The notes under the pieces are model-generated. The model had not been told where the DNA came from and made no database searches. It worked only from the letters and a program-made list of their open reading frames with translations. Of a stretch of 64,000 bases of DNA, positions 1 through 13,319 are shown one piece after another. Position numbers and translations under genes: made by a program. The first letter of the stretch is position 1. The number at the start of each line of letters is the position of its first letter. Origin of the DNA: Octopus sinensis (Eukaryota); contig NC_043000.1 of the NCBI RefSeq assembly GCF_006345805.1, positions 76,570,001-76,634,000 of the forward strand, given 5' to 3'.

Positions 1-158
1 GGCATAATGAAATAGGAGGTTTATTTGCATACTCCTAACGTAACCTAAACGAATTTAAAAGATGTATAAATATGTATGTGTGAGTGTATGCATATACATA
101 CATACATACATACATACATACATACATACATACATACATACATACATACATACATACA

Positions 159-1545
159 TGATGGCCGTCCACTCGTGACCGAGGAAGACCATTGCCGACC
201 TTCAGGAACATTGTGCTCTCTAGGACTAGCTTATATTTTGCATTTGCGGCTCCGTTAGTGGCTAATGAGCCCTGCTCTTGACAAGCATACATGACTGCAA
301 ACATTGCAAACCAAGCTTTCCCCATTCACTATACGAACCGTGCGCTTTCGCGCAGCTCGCTTAAGTTCTTCATGCTGGATACGTGCTCTCTCAAAAGTGT
401 CGATCCCCTCCTTAACCTGCTTCCTCCATCTGTGGTGATGACAGGCATTGTTTTCCCAGTCAGTGTTCTGCATATCAGAGGCCTTTAATGAGGACTTGAC
501 ACAGTCCTTAAATCGCAGCCTTGGTTTCTGCTGGAGTCTCCTTCCATTCACACGTTCTCCATAGAGCATCTGCTTAGGAATCCTTCTATCCTTCATTCTA
601 ATAAGGTGTCCAGTCCAACGCAACCGGTGCTTGTGCACCATCGCCTCAATACTCAAGATATCAGCTGTCCTCAGGATCTGTGTGTCTGGAATTTTTGAGG
701 TCCAGCCAACATTGAGAATGTGTCTGAGACATCTCTGATGAAAACGTTCAAGGACCCTTACCTGACGTTTGTACAGAGTCCATGTCTCACATGAGTAGAG
801 AAGCGATGTCAGTACACAAGCACGGTACACAGCAACTTTTGTTCTCCTTGCGATGCCATGTTGGGACCAGACACGAGACTGAAGAGACCGGAAGGAATTA
901 GTTGCTCTCTGCAACCTGAAAGATATTTCCTCATCCAGGGAGCAAGAACGGCTAAGCCCAAGTAGACAAACTTGTCTACTATCTTCAGAATTGTTCCTTC
1001 AACCAAGATAGCTGGTTCTATATATGGATTTCCTGGTGCAGGCTGGAACATTACAACAGTCTTGTCCAGGCTAATGCTGAGTCCAAATGCCCTGAAAGAA
1101 GCAGAAATGCAATTCATGAGTATTTGCATGTCATCCACTGTATGAGTGACTAAGTCACAGTCATCTGCATAAAGGAGGTCACGAATAATAGACTGGGAAA
1201 CCTTTGAATTGGCAGCAAATCGGCGAAGATTAAAGAGGCGGCCAGAAGATCGGTATCTGACATATATTCCCAGAGAGCTAACCTTAGCAAAAGCATGAGT
1301 AAAAGCAGCAGCAAAGTACAAAGAAAAGAGAGTTGGGGCAAGGATGTCACCCTGCTTGATACCATTCTCTACATGGCACCACCAACATTGACCCAAGCCT
1401 CCATCCCATCATGAAATGATTTAATTATAGATACAAAGTGATCCGGACATCCAAGTTTGCCAAGTATTTTCCATAGAAAGGCCCTATTTACAGTATCAAA
1501 GGCCTTAGTTAAATCAATGAATACCTGGACAAGATCCATATTCTA
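159..1545 (-). mobile_element. 5'-truncated RTE-clade LINE (RT C-terminal part), disrupted
   Basis: ORFs 809-1396 (QGDILAPTLF, LLYADD) and 255-914 (TKVAVYRACVLTSLLYSCETW, RFHQRCLRHIL) are typical of RTE. It ends in an (ATGT)n tail at 88-158. Confidence 0.9.
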
Positions 1546-1567
1546 CATACATACATACATACATACA

Positions 1568-1625
<58 letters not shown>

Positions 1626-2489
1626 TGTTGTATGTATGTATGTATGTATGTATGTATGTATGTATATATGTATGTATGTATGTATGTAGCATGGCTGAAG
1701 CCTCAAGGCTGAAACATATAAAACAATCAAAGAATATATATATAGTATATATTATTTACTATTTATTATTTAATTGAACGCCACGCATCCATTTCCAAGT
1801 AAGTTTATCGCCACCTTTTTGATGCGACTCTTATCTATACTGTTTTCTTCCTCCATCCTTCTCTAATTCCCTTTTTCTTCTCCTCTCTCCTTCACCATTT
1901 TCTATCTCTCTCTCTCTTTACCCCTCTTTCTCTTTTCTCTCTCTCGTTGCTTACACGTGACCATCGCCCATCTTTCTTTTCCAGCACGGACGTTCAAAAG
2001 AACGGACATCTTTTTTCTCTCTATTCTATCTTTTCTCTTTTCAAAAAAAAATATTTCTCACAGCGTTCACTATTTTCCTCTCGTTCTGGTTTAATGACCC
2101 TCCATGTTTGTTTTCGTTCGGTTTCTTTGACTCGTTTGTTTACGTATTTTATGTTGTTTTAACCGTTGGTGACGTCCTGTACCCATATATGCATTTATAT
2201 ATTAGAGGGTGGTATGCAGTAGATTTGGTTAAACTCAAAATTTGAAAGTAGAAGGTTTATAGTAGATTTAATTAAACTCAGTTTAATTAAATCCAGTCAA
2301 GGCTTGAACTCAGAAAACAGAGATACTTTACAAAATATTCTAAAAGCATTGATCCTCACTCACTTGTCAATGTGTGGATAGTTAAATGGAGAATGTACTA
2401 GACAAGCAACCACACCTCGGTGGTTCAAGTCCTATCACCAACATTCTATAGTGTCCATGAGCGTAATTTGAATTATTTGTTTTATAATT

Positions 2490-2700
2490 CTTTTTACTTG
2501 TTTCAATCACTTGACCGCGGCCATGCTGAAGCACTGCCTTAAAGGGTTCAAGTCGAAGAAATCGACTGCCAATACGTATTCCTTGTAAGCCTAGTATTTA
2601 TTCTATCGGTCTCTTTTGCCGAACCGCTAGATCACAGGGAGATAAACACACCAGCATCAGTTGTCAAGAGATGGCGGCGGTACAAACAGACAGACAGAAA

Positions 2701-2733
<33 letters not shown>

Positions 2734-2890
2734 CTGGATTCTTTCAGTTTCCGTCTACCAAATCCACTCACAAGGCTTTGGTCGGGCCGAGGCTATAGAA
2801 GACACTTAAGACACTTGCCCAAGGTGCTACGCAGTGGGACTGAACTCGGAACCATGTGGCTGGGAAGCAAGCTTCTTACCACACAGCCAT
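2490..2890 (-). mobile_element. Composite tRNA-derived SINE (family A head, internal (TG)n, conserved tail)
   Basis: Head with A-box/B-box-like motifs (TGGCTGTGTGGTAAG...GGTTCCGAGTTCAGTCCC) followed by the tail block 'cttgacaactgatgctggtgtgtttatc...cagcatggccgcggtcaag', which recurs many times in the window. Confidence 0.8.
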
Positions 2891-4025
2891 GCCTGCACCT
2901 ATTTACATCCATCAGTTATTGTCACTCCAGGTTTAAAATACATCCACACCCTCATTTAACCCTGTAGTTATCTTTTGTCTATGGATTAACCGATTTAAAG
3001 AATTAGACTAAAAATAAACAGCTTGATTTAGCGAGTCGAGTCTCCTGATTACAGTTTCCCATTGTTGTATGATATTGGTTGTGGTTGTTGGAGTGGCGAC
3101 ATGTGTTCATATTGTCATAATGTTGCTGTTATTGTAGAAGTAGCGGGAGTAGGTTTTCTGTTGATATTGCAGTGTAGTAGTAGTAGTAGTAGTAGTAAAA
3201 GATGTTGATGGTGGTGGTATCGTGGTGTTGGTCGACGTCGTTATACAGAGTATTTAGTTGTGAATGGTGATGGTAGGGATGTTAGTAGTAGTAGTTGTTG
3301 TTGTAGTGTTGGTAACAGTGTTCGTGGTTGTAGTTCTGTTGTAGCGGTGATGTAGTGGTGGTAGTGGTAGTAGCTACTATAGTGGTGGTAATGATAGTGA
3401 TAGTTATTGCTGTTGTGATGATGGTGGTTTGAGAGGTTGAAGTAGTAGTAGTAGTAGTTGTAGTAATAGTAGTCGCTGGTGTTGCTATTATTATTTCAAT
3501 AAGACAGATCAAGTTTAGTTACCTGGAGAGACTGGTTAGTCTTCGCTGTCGATACTGGTATGTAATCACACCTACTTAGACACTATATGTATGTTTGTGT
3601 GTACGCGCGTGTGAGGTGAGTGCATATACATCCCTATGTCTATCTCTGTGTGATATGTATTTATGTGTGTGTATATATATGTATGCATGTATGTGTGTGT
3701 GTGTGTGTTTATGTATGTATGTATATATATATGTATATATATGTATGAATGTAAACAAGCGTATGTTTTCCTTTGGGATTATTTCTTTTTTTCCTCTGGA
3801 GAATTCAAGCCGGTCACCAACAAAATGGTTTGGCTCCATTGTTTAATAGAAAAGACAGCTCTTTGGATTTTGCGGCTGTCTGAATTGGTTTTGTGTGCAT
3901 ATGTGTGCGACTGTGGATAAGCTCGCATTTGTGTAGTGGGTAATCATGTCACTTATTTTTACAGATATATATATATATATTATATATATATATATATATG
4001 TACACAGTAATGAAGTAATGTACAA

Positions 4026-4243
4026 AAGTGACATGATTACCCACTACACAAATGCGAGCTTATCCACAGTCGCACACATATGCACACAAAACCAATTCAG
4101 ACTGCCGAAAAATCCAAAATGTGACCGCGTGTGTACCGTTGGCGATTTTTTCCCTCCGTCTTCCCTTCTCTGGATCTTTCCTTCTCCTATGTTTCCGACG
4201 AAGAGCTCCCCTCGAAACGTTAAACCCTCCTTCTGTGTTATTC
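4026..4243 (+). mobile_element. PLE terminal-repeat (pLTR)-like non-coding segment with hammerhead motif
   Basis: Starts next to (TA)n, shares 93 bp inverted with 3862-3954, carries an HHR motif at 4191-4225 and joins an inverted PLE coding piece. Confidence 0.55.
4191..4225 (+). ncRNA. Type I minimal hammerhead ribozyme motif (variant core)
   Basis: GTTT CCGACGA a GAG ctccc CTC GAAA CGT T AAAC: stem I GTTT/AAAC, stem II GAG/CTC, palindromic stem III ACGT, GUU cleavage triplet. Confidence 0.7.
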
Positions 4244-4555
4244 TGTTATTGTTGGGCGTATTCGGGCTTGTGCTAGGAGACTTTTCATAGATTTGGGCTG
4301 TCTTTTGCTCTTTATGATGGTGTACGTTTGGAGGATTAAATTCATTCTGTGGTCCCTTTTTAGTAGGGGAATGTTTTGGAGGGTGGTGTCGAAGGCTTCA
4401 TTGTTAAGAGGGTTGTGTGTGGAGATATATCCATAAACAACTTCCTTCTTTCCTGAGCGTCCAATAATACTATATTTGTTCCACGTCCTCGCGTTGTGTT
4501 TTTTTGTGCTTTCATGTTTGGATTAACTATATTTATATATATATATATATATATA

Positions 4556-5825
4556 CGAGGGGCGTTCAATAAGTAATTCCCCTGACCCACTTCCCATAGC
4601 AGTAGAGCAACGACACTTGGCACAGTTATTAGTCTTTTCCTACATAGGAACTACCCAGAGTTATGCATTTCTCCCATCGTTTGATACAGCTCTGGGGACC
4701 GTTTTTGTAGAAGACCCCAGCTTGGTCCTCCAACCACGACGTGACTTCAGAAATCAAGGCTGCATCATCTGGCAAACGCTTTCCTTTCAAAATCAACTTC
4801 ATGGCTGGGAAGAGGTGAAAATCAGAGGGTGCAAGGGGAGGAGTTCATAGCTGCACGCCTGTGCTTCTGATCTGGCGACACGCGAGTTGTGGACCGGAGC
4901 GTTGTCCTGCAGGAGGAGGATGCCTTTGCTGATCTTGCCCCGCCTCTTGATTTTGATAGCTTCTCTTAATTTCCTCAAAAGTGAAGCATAATAGGCTCCT
5001 GCAATTGTGGTACTCTTTGCCAGGAAATCTGTCATCACTACTCCGTCCTGGTGCCAGAAGACTGTGAGCATAACCTTGTCAGCGGAGGGCTGCACCCTTG
5101 CCTTCTTTGGAGGAGGTGAGTCACGGTGCTTTCACTGCATTGACTGGGCTTTTGTCTCTGGATCATAGTGATGGACCCAGGTTTTATCCTGTGTGATCAG
5201 TCTTTTGAAAAAATTTGACTCATCTTCTTGGCACATCTCCAAAATCATTCTCGAGCACTCAACGCGTTCTTGCTTCTGGAAAGGTGTGAGCAACCTGGAA
5301 ATCCATCTGGCAGTCACCTTTTGCATATGCAAATGGTCATGAATGATAGTTTCCACAGACCCGGTACTAATCTTGACCTCATGGGCTATTTGGCGAATAG
5401 TTATGCGTTGACCTTCCAAAATGGCAGCCTCAACTTGACGGACAGACGTCTCATCAACGGCAGAAGGGGGCGACCAGATCTGGGAGCTGTTTCCACAGAG
5501 TTCCGACTATGTTTGAATTCACAATGCCAGCGTTTTACAAGGTCATATGATGGGGCATCATCACCATAAGTTACTTTCATTTCATCAAAAGTCTCCCGTG
5601 GTGTGCGTCCTTTCAAATACAAAAACCAGATCACTGCTCGACACTCAACAGGCTCCATTTCACACTTGACTCAGTTCAAACACCTGTAAATCAGAAACCA
5701 CAATTAGTTCAGAGCTGTAATTCGCCACTTAATCTATAGAGGTATAAATAAGTGCACATGCAAAATTTCAGCTAGATCAAACAACTGCAAGTGGGTCAGG
5801 GGCATTACTTATTGAACGCCCCTCG
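4556..5825 (-). mobile_element. Full-length mariner transposon (1270 bp), transposase disrupted
   Basis: TIRs cgaggggcgttcaataagtaat..cccctgacccact / agtgggtcagggg..attacttattgaacgcccctcg flanked by TA. ORF pieces: MEPVECRAVI..., ITQDKTWVHHYDPETK, QDNAPVH. Confidence 0.95.
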
Positions 5826-5829
5826 TATA

Positions 5830-6860
5830 TCTGTAAATATAATATGTGAAAATTATTCGGTAGCCATGATAAGACTCCGAGTTTCAATTCACGATGGAAT
5901 ATATCCATAAACAACTTCCTTTCCTCGACATCCACATTAAGAAATCTAACAACGAAATAAAAACAGATATATACTATAAGCCTACGGACTCCAAGCAATA
6001 TCTACCGTTCAACTCATGCCACCCCAGATACACCAGAATGAATATCCCCTTCAACCTAGCAAAAAGGATTTGTACTATAGTTTCTAATACAAGCACCAGG
6101 GACACACGAATACATGAACTAAAGTATACACTTATCACCAGAAACTACCCACCGTCACTAATTGATATATGCTTTCAACGTGCCCTACTATTCAACATCC
6201 ACGAACTCAGACATCCCAAATTAAAGTAGGATTTACAATCAAAAGCCCTACTATATATCTCCACACACAACCCTCTTAACAATGAAGCCTTCGACACCAC
6301 CCTCCAAAACATTCCCCTACTAAAAAGGGACCACAGAATGAATTTAATCCTCCAAACGTACACCATCATAAAGAGCAAAAGACAGCCCAAATCTATGAAA
6401 AGTCTCCTAGCACAAGCCCGAATACGCCCAACAATAACACTGAAGCCGTCAGTAAAAAAATACGGAAGACCTAACTGTGGTGTGTGTGTGTCAACCTAAT
6501 TGAGGGATCAGAGTTCTTTTTCAAACAGGGTCAATGTTTCAGTAAAAAGCAACTTCACAAGTGCTTCAGAGAACCTGATATATGTATTAACTTGCTCTGG
6601 GTGTTGTGAGCAAACACAGACCAAAGCCAAATAAGTCTACGTCAAAATTCCGAAAAACAGAAGAAATAACATTCAGCAAACACATCGACATTTGCGCCAA
6701 TAATAAAGAACCCAGCTTCAGAATTTTTCCCCTCTATCAATTCAAGGACGATACAACCTGTAATCAGTGCATTGATAAAGAGTCATTCTTTACCACAAAA
6801 TATAAACCCCTTTTGAATGCATCCACCACAAATGACACGATCACCAGAGCCTAGGAACAA
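5830..6860 (+). mobile_element. Penelope-like element fragment (RT C-term/thumb + degenerate GIY-YIG region)
   Basis: LPFLDIHI...TDIYYKPTDSKQYLPFNSCHPRYTRMNIPFNLAKRICTIVS is a characteristic PLE RT C-terminal block. Downstream frames are broken. Confidence 0.85.
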
Positions 6861-7024
6861 CACACACGCAAATATTAAGAACGATATATTCAAAACAGTC
6901 ACTTCACATAAGTTTATTCAGAACAATTTAATCACTACTATTCCAACCACAACGGGTCACTTTTAGGTCACTTGACCATTTAAGAGGATTCCACCAGCAT
7001 CCTACTACTGTCAATACTCCCGCA

Positions 7025-7153
7025 TTCTTCTTCTTCTTCTTCTTCTTCTTCTTCTTCTTCTTCTTCTTCTTCTTCTTCTTCTTCTTCTTCTTCTTCTTCT
7101 TCTTCTTCTTCTTCTTCTTCTTCTTCTTCTTCTTCTTCTTCTTCTTCTTCTTC
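7025..7153. repeat. Pure (TTC)n trinucleotide repeat, about 43 units
   Basis: Direct reading of the sequence. Confidence 0.95.
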
Positions 7154-7371
7154 GCCACCTCCTTTCTCTACTACTACTTCTGCTTAAACAAACAAAGACA
7201 AGAATTCATATCAAACTAGCTGCTGCTAACTACCTAGAACCCACAAGAGTAAAAAAGAGAGTTTTTCGCAAAGACTGAAATGTTTTTCATGATAAAATTA
7301 TTTTCGCATTTTCTACCTTGTCTTATTTTCCTTATATATACATACATACATACATACATACATACATACAT

Positions 7372-7458
<87 letters not shown>

Positions 7459-7460
7459 CA

Positions 7461-8730
7461 CGAAGCGTTACCCAAAAGAGAATGGAATTTTGCAATATTA
7501 TCTTATTCACAAATTTTACATGTTTATACTTTTATCGCCTTCAAAGTATTTACTATTTGAAGCAATGCATTGGTCCAGACGCGTTTTCCACTGTTCGAAG
7601 CAGTCCTGGAACTCTTGCGAAATGATGCTTTTTAATGCCTCCGTCTTTTATTTCTAATTTCTTCCACGTTTTCATAACGTTTTTCTTTAGGTACTTTTAT
7701 CATTCGGTGGAACAAAAAAGTTGCAGGGAGCAAGATCGGGTAAATAGGGAGGGTGGGTAAGCGTGGTCATGCCAAAAACTGTCTCACACTCAAGGCTGTG
7801 TGCGCAGGCGCATTATCGTGATGAAGACACCACTCTCCATTTTGCCACAGGTCTGGGCGTTTTCGTCTCACCGCATCTCACAAATGATTCACAATTGCCA
7901 AGTAAAATGTCTGGTTAACAGTTTGACTAGGAGGAACAAATTCTGTGTAGAAAATTCCTTTCACATCGATGAAACAAATGAGCATTATTTTGACATTAGA
8001 CTTCACTTGACACAATTTTTGGGAATGTGATGACATTGAATGCTTCCATTGACTTGATTGCTGCTTCGTTTCCGCGTTGTAACCGTAGCACCAGCTTTCA
8101 TCACCAGTGATGACCTTAAAAAAAAGGTCCGGACCAACTTCCAACTGTTCTTTCAGTTCACGACACACATTCAGTCGTGATCGATTTTGATCTTCCGTGA
8201 GCAAGTGAGGCACAAATTTTGCTATTTTCATTCGCAATTCCTCGCTCAAAATTCGTTGGCTCCAGGACACACCAGCCATAGCAACAAGTCCGTTAATTCG
8301 TCGGCGACAGTCCTCCAAGATTAGCTCAGGAATTTTCGTGATGTTTTCGTTCGTTCGGGAGGTCGACGGTTGCCCTGAACGAGGTTGGTCTTTAAGTGAC
8401 AAGTAACCATTCCTAAAGTGTGAAAACCACTCGTAAACTCGTGTTTTGCTCATGGCGGCGTTCTTATAAGCTGTTTGAGGCGTGACAACTGTTTTGGCTG
8501 CCGTTTTTCCCAGCAGAAATCAAAATTTCACGGAAGCACGCTGTTTCTTCGTTTCAGCCATCGCAAAAATCAACGAACAGGGGAAAAACACTGCAAAACA
8601 AAGACGCTTACGTAGCAATGCGACACCAATCGGGCGGACTGATGCCTGAGCGCCGCACCAACTGGCTTCCAGAACTACAACGGGCTTGTCTCACAGAGAA
8701 CGTTTCCGGTTGCTTTTGGGTAGCTTCTCG
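7461..8730 (-). mobile_element. Mariner transposon (second family, about 1270 bp), decayed
   Basis: Degenerate TIRs cgaagcgttacccaaaag / cttttgggtagcttctcg; ORF 7878-8453 with PRSGQPST, ITGDESWCYGY; C-terminal FEQWKTRLDQCIASNSKYFEG at about 7530-7620. Confidence 0.9.
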
Positions 8731-8794
8731 TATACATACATACATACATACATACATACATACATACATACATAATACATACATACATACACAT

Positions 8795-8920
<126 letters not shown>

Positions 8921-9916
8921 TGTATGTATGTATGTATGTATGTATGTATGTATGTATGTATATGTGTTTATGTGTATGTGAGTGTGTGTATTCCACATAT
9001 ATATGTGATCGTGTGCGTGTTTTCAGTTCATGAAACTCAAAAGGAAAGATCCTGAAATGTTTTACAAATATTCATTGTGCTTCCTATCAGGTGTATGTGA
9101 AGAACGTGGATTAGCTTACTCTAGAGAATTACTATATCTAGCTTTTTATGCAGATCTTTTGCTACGTAACCCAATGCACATTTGTAGAAATGAAAATCTC
9201 TAGTCTAGATATAAGGGCTGTAGGTTTCTGATTAGCTTTTCTTAGATGTCCTCCGTTTCCCCAATTTTTGACGAGAAATTCACATCTGCCATGCAGCTGA
9301 TCTCTGCAACAGTTCATGATTTTCTTCTCCCTGTTCCATACCATATTTATCCTGTTGTGCTTTCACTATGCTGCTGTATTTATTCAAATATTCAACCAGT
9401 ATTCTTTAATCTGAAAGCGTAATTACTTTCTAGTTCCGGTGTGTTTTTAGTATGGCCATCAGGAGAATACTTCTTGCGTATAGCCTTTTTAGCAACAATA
9501 TAATGTCTCATGGGAAGGTAGTGTTACGGACATCTTTGAATAGATATGGATGATATTTTCAACACTAGTATGGCGCATCATATTCTTTGTGAGATATGTA
9601 TTTACTGTAGGATATTATGTATTTACTGACAATTTTTGTCAATGTTATTAATATACTCTAGCTTGAAGGATAGGTATCCAAGCATACTCTTAACTGCTAT
9701 GATGAGTATTTCTCATCCAAGTCTCTGTTTAAGTAGGTCAGGTCAGTCACCGTTGCGTCACATGGAATAGCTGTAGATTCAGAGTACTTATCCATGTGTT
9801 CTTCTCATTCACATAATATTACTTTCAGAATTTATTCTTTTTTTTTACTAGTGGTGGTAGTTGTAGTATGTATATATACAATTATGCATGCATATATTCA
9901 TGTATGTAAGTATATA

Positions 9917-11125
9917 CAGGGTGGGGAAGCAAAATTTACAATGAAAGTTAAGTTGTTTTTTCTCAGGAGGCACTAAGTCAATTGTTTTGAAACCTAGCTT
10001 ATATTGATGTCATACTCATATCTAACACTATTATCCTTACGTTTTCAGAAACTTTTGCCCATATGAGTAATCAGGAAAGCAAAAGTCAAAGAGTGTGTGA
10101 TTTTCTGAATGCACACCAAAGGAGATTTCAAATATAGTTGGAGTGTCTATAAAGACTATTTATAATGTAAAGAATAGAATGACTATGAGCAAAACTATTA
10201 CGAGGAAGTCTGGAAGTTGAGGAATCAACAAAAAACGTACCAAAGCTTTTATTAAAGCTCTCAAATCCAAAATCCTAAAGGAACCAACCAAATCCATGAC
10301 AAAAATGGCAATTGAACTTGAGGTGGACAACAAGACCATTAGAAAAATATGATTTGAGGATAAAATCTGACACAGGAACACCAAAACACTTGTTGACAAC
10401 AGCTATGAAGGGAGGTGCAAGTAAATAATTACATGGTTCAAGAAAAAGTCCTCCATTGTAATGATCTTTTCAAATGAAATGATCTTCACTGTCGATGCTG
10501 TTCAGAACAGCAGAAATGACAGATTTATCGCAAAACCAACAGCTTAGGCTAAGGGGACATTCAAAACAAAAGATCCTGCTCAAGTTATGGCTTTTGGTGT
10601 TTGGCTTCCGATGAAAAGAAAACGCCTATAAAATTCTACAAAGCTGATGAAAAGATCAATGTTAATACTTACTACAAGACTCTGAGATACGATGTATTGC
10701 CATGGCTTAAAGCAAACTACCCAGATGATAATTATGTATGGACACAACTTTAGCAATTTTTTTAAAATCATGTTTATGGCCGCCTTCTAGACCAGATCTA
10801 AACTCTCTGGAATATGCTATTTGGGGCGTTTTAGAACATGCTACCAATAGAACATCACACAGCAATGTCGACTCCCTTAAAGATACTATTAATGAAGATC
10901 GGGAGAAGTTGCCTCCCGAATATTTGAGGAACGCCTGTGAAAGTTTCAGGAAGCGTGTGAAGGCAGTTATTGAGAAAGAAGGAGGACACATAGAATAAAA
11001 GTATTTTCTATTATGTAAATTGTCTTGTGGCAAATAAATTCTCATGACTTTCAATAAATAAATTGGTCATACACTGTCTTTCAATCCCTGCCTCAAAATA
11101 TTGTAAATTTTGCTTCCCCACCCTG
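9917..11125 (+). mobile_element. Tc1/mariner superfamily element, maT/DD37D-like, decayed
   Basis: TIRs cagggtggggaagcaaaatttacaat / attgtaaattttgcttccccaccctg flanked by TA; remnants IFSNE..FTVD and WPPSRPDLNSLEYAIWG...KRVKAVIEKEGGHIE. Confidence 0.88.
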
Positions 11126-11139
11126 TATGTATGTGAGTG

Positions 11140-11176
<37 letters not shown>

Positions 11177-11989
11177 AAAACGAGAGAAAACAAAAAGTGG
11201 AGACTTTCAGACGATAAATATTTAGGTAGAGTACAAACGACAGAGAAAATTAAAGTGGTGGAAGAAAGAGGCTTTTCTGGGGGGTGGGTGGAAATCCATG
11301 ATAATTTTGATAGATGTAGTTCATCACAATATGCGGCCGAAATGGAAACAACCAACATTGGATAAGACGAGCCTCCGTCATCAGGGTAGAAAAGATCTTA
11401 CATTTCAGATTTTAATATCGAAAGACCCATATCGAAGACCCCAAATTTTCTCCTATTCTTCTCCACCTCCTTTTCTTTATTCTTATTCGTCTTCTTAATA
11501 ACTTCAAATATTTTCCCACCCCGATATCTTATTTCTTCACGTATATGCTTTTCTTTTTTGTTCTCTCACTCCGTAGTTTCCACTTATTTTCGATCAAATC
11601 TCCTGCAAGTTAACTTGGGATCCCTTGACAACAATGTAACTTTCAGTTAACTAAGGCATCTTCGGCCTGATGAGTTGCAAGTGAAGTACCCTTCGTTGAG
11701 TAATTACTAGTTCTGAGGTTCTGCTGGCTAGGAAACAAATGTAGCCTTGATTTTACCTGTCTCATTCCCTAAATTTGGATTTTTATTCGCATACATAGCA
11801 AACCTAGTTGCTAACCGTAAAAAATAAAATAACATTTTTTAGCTTATCGAACTTCGATAGGGGAAAAATTTACACCCTTTTACGCCAGTAAAGCACTATT
11901 GTTCCCGAAAGTTGTTTTTCATATCTTCTACGGACTGCTAGGAGCTTACTTAATGCCCACACCTGGATCGTTGGATCGTATTTTTACAT

Positions 11990-12023
<34 letters not shown>

Positions 12024-12033
12024 GGAGTAAACA

Positions 12034-12071
12034 CTGTCCGATGAACGGCAACGCAAAACTCAGAGTAACAG
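12034..12071 (+). ncRNA. Degenerate type I hammerhead motif (G12 mutated)
   Basis: CTGT CCGATGA ACG gcaa CGC AAAA CTCAGAGT A ACAG; same family as 33514-33551. Confidence 0.5.
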
Positions 12072-12100
12072 GTTTTGTAGAATTTTCTGCTGCTTTAAAT

Positions 12101-12201
<101 letters not shown>

Positions 12202-12324
12202 ATATATATATAGTAGTAACAGAAAAGAGAATTTCGATTATTCCGACGTGGTGGGTTGTAATGTATATAAGAAATTAAAAAAAGAAAATACGCACACTTA
12301 CATAGTTTTAATATAATTTTTAAT

Positions 12325-12359
12325 ATATCGACCGGTTTCGCTATCGCTATTCATGATAT
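12325..12359 (-). ncRNA. Type I minimal hammerhead motif with A3-U8 covariation
   Basis: Minus strand ATATC ATGAATA GC gata GC GAAA CCGGT C GATAT: 5-bp stem I, 2-bp stem II, palindromic stem III ACCGGT, GUC triplet. Confidence 0.65.
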
Positions 12360-12531
12360 TATGTTTTACTTATTTGAATATATATTTTCTCTTAAGAAGA
12401 AATTTAGTCCATGTTGTGTGTGATGAAATTCACGAGTGAATGACTTCACAAGTAGATAAATAAAGGGGGGTAAATGGTTGTCGTTATTATTATTATTGTT
12501 GTGGGTAAGGGAGATAACTGTTCAGCTTTCG

Positions 12532-13319
12532 GTAAACATTATCTGAGAGAAATTTTCTTTAAGTAGTGGAAATGGCAAAAAAACTTTTTTGGCTGCTATT
12601 TCTAGCAAATTCAGTATGTGGCAAAGTAATTTATTTTACTAAGCCCTAATTATATAATGTAATATTTTGAATTCGCCTTAAATGGTCCTTTTACATACTG
12701 AATACTTGGTGAAATTGATTAATAACTAATTAATTTTACCCTCAATTGTTGATATTATAATTCATTTCTCTCTGTCATATTGCCTCGGTTCTCACCGTTA
12801 AAATATAATGTTTGCTAGATGACCCACGTGGGTGGAAGGGGAGAGCAGAGAATCTTCGCTTGCACATTTTGAATTTGTTGGTACTGGCAGTTTGAACGGG
12901 TCATCTGAGGTGATAAGTCGCCAAAGGGTATGTTCTTTCTTTTTAGTGCTTCCAAATCCAAAATAAGAAATGTTGAGCTGACGAAAGAAATGCTGAGTTT
13001 ATTTGGCTAATCTAGAAACGTTACCGTTCTCAAATAATCTTTGTACTTGTGATATTTTTCTGTTTTTACCTCCATACCTTCGTGGGTTATTTTGAGTAAA
13101 CATTATCTGAGAGAAATTTTCTTAAAGTAGTGGAAATGGCAAAAAAACTTTTTTGGCTGCTATTTCTAGCAAATTCAGTATGTGGCAAAGTAATTTATTT
13201 TACTAAGCCCTAATTATATAATGTAATATTTTGAATTCGCCTTAAATGGTCCTTTTACATACTGAATACTTGGTGAAATTGATTAATAACTAATTAATTT
13301 TACCCTCAATTGTTGATAT
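12532..13319. repeat. 224-bp near-identical direct duplication (12532-12755 = 13096-13319)
   Basis: Both copies run gtaaacattatctgagagaaa...ccctcaattgttgatat, with about one mismatch seen. Confidence 0.9.

Noticed and set aside
3509-3557. Possible small exon (IKFSYLERLVSLRCRYW) with ag/gtatgt boundaries
   Set aside because: No recognisable homology and its phase does not connect to any identified exon.
9091-9165. Possible exon after ttcctatcag (VCEERGLAYSRELLYLAFYADLLL)
   Set aside because: Weak donor, no CCP similarity, and it overlaps what looks like decayed repeat sequence.
11667-11695. Perfect CTGATGA followed by GAA
   Set aside because: Stems I-III cannot be paired, so it is not called a hammerhead.
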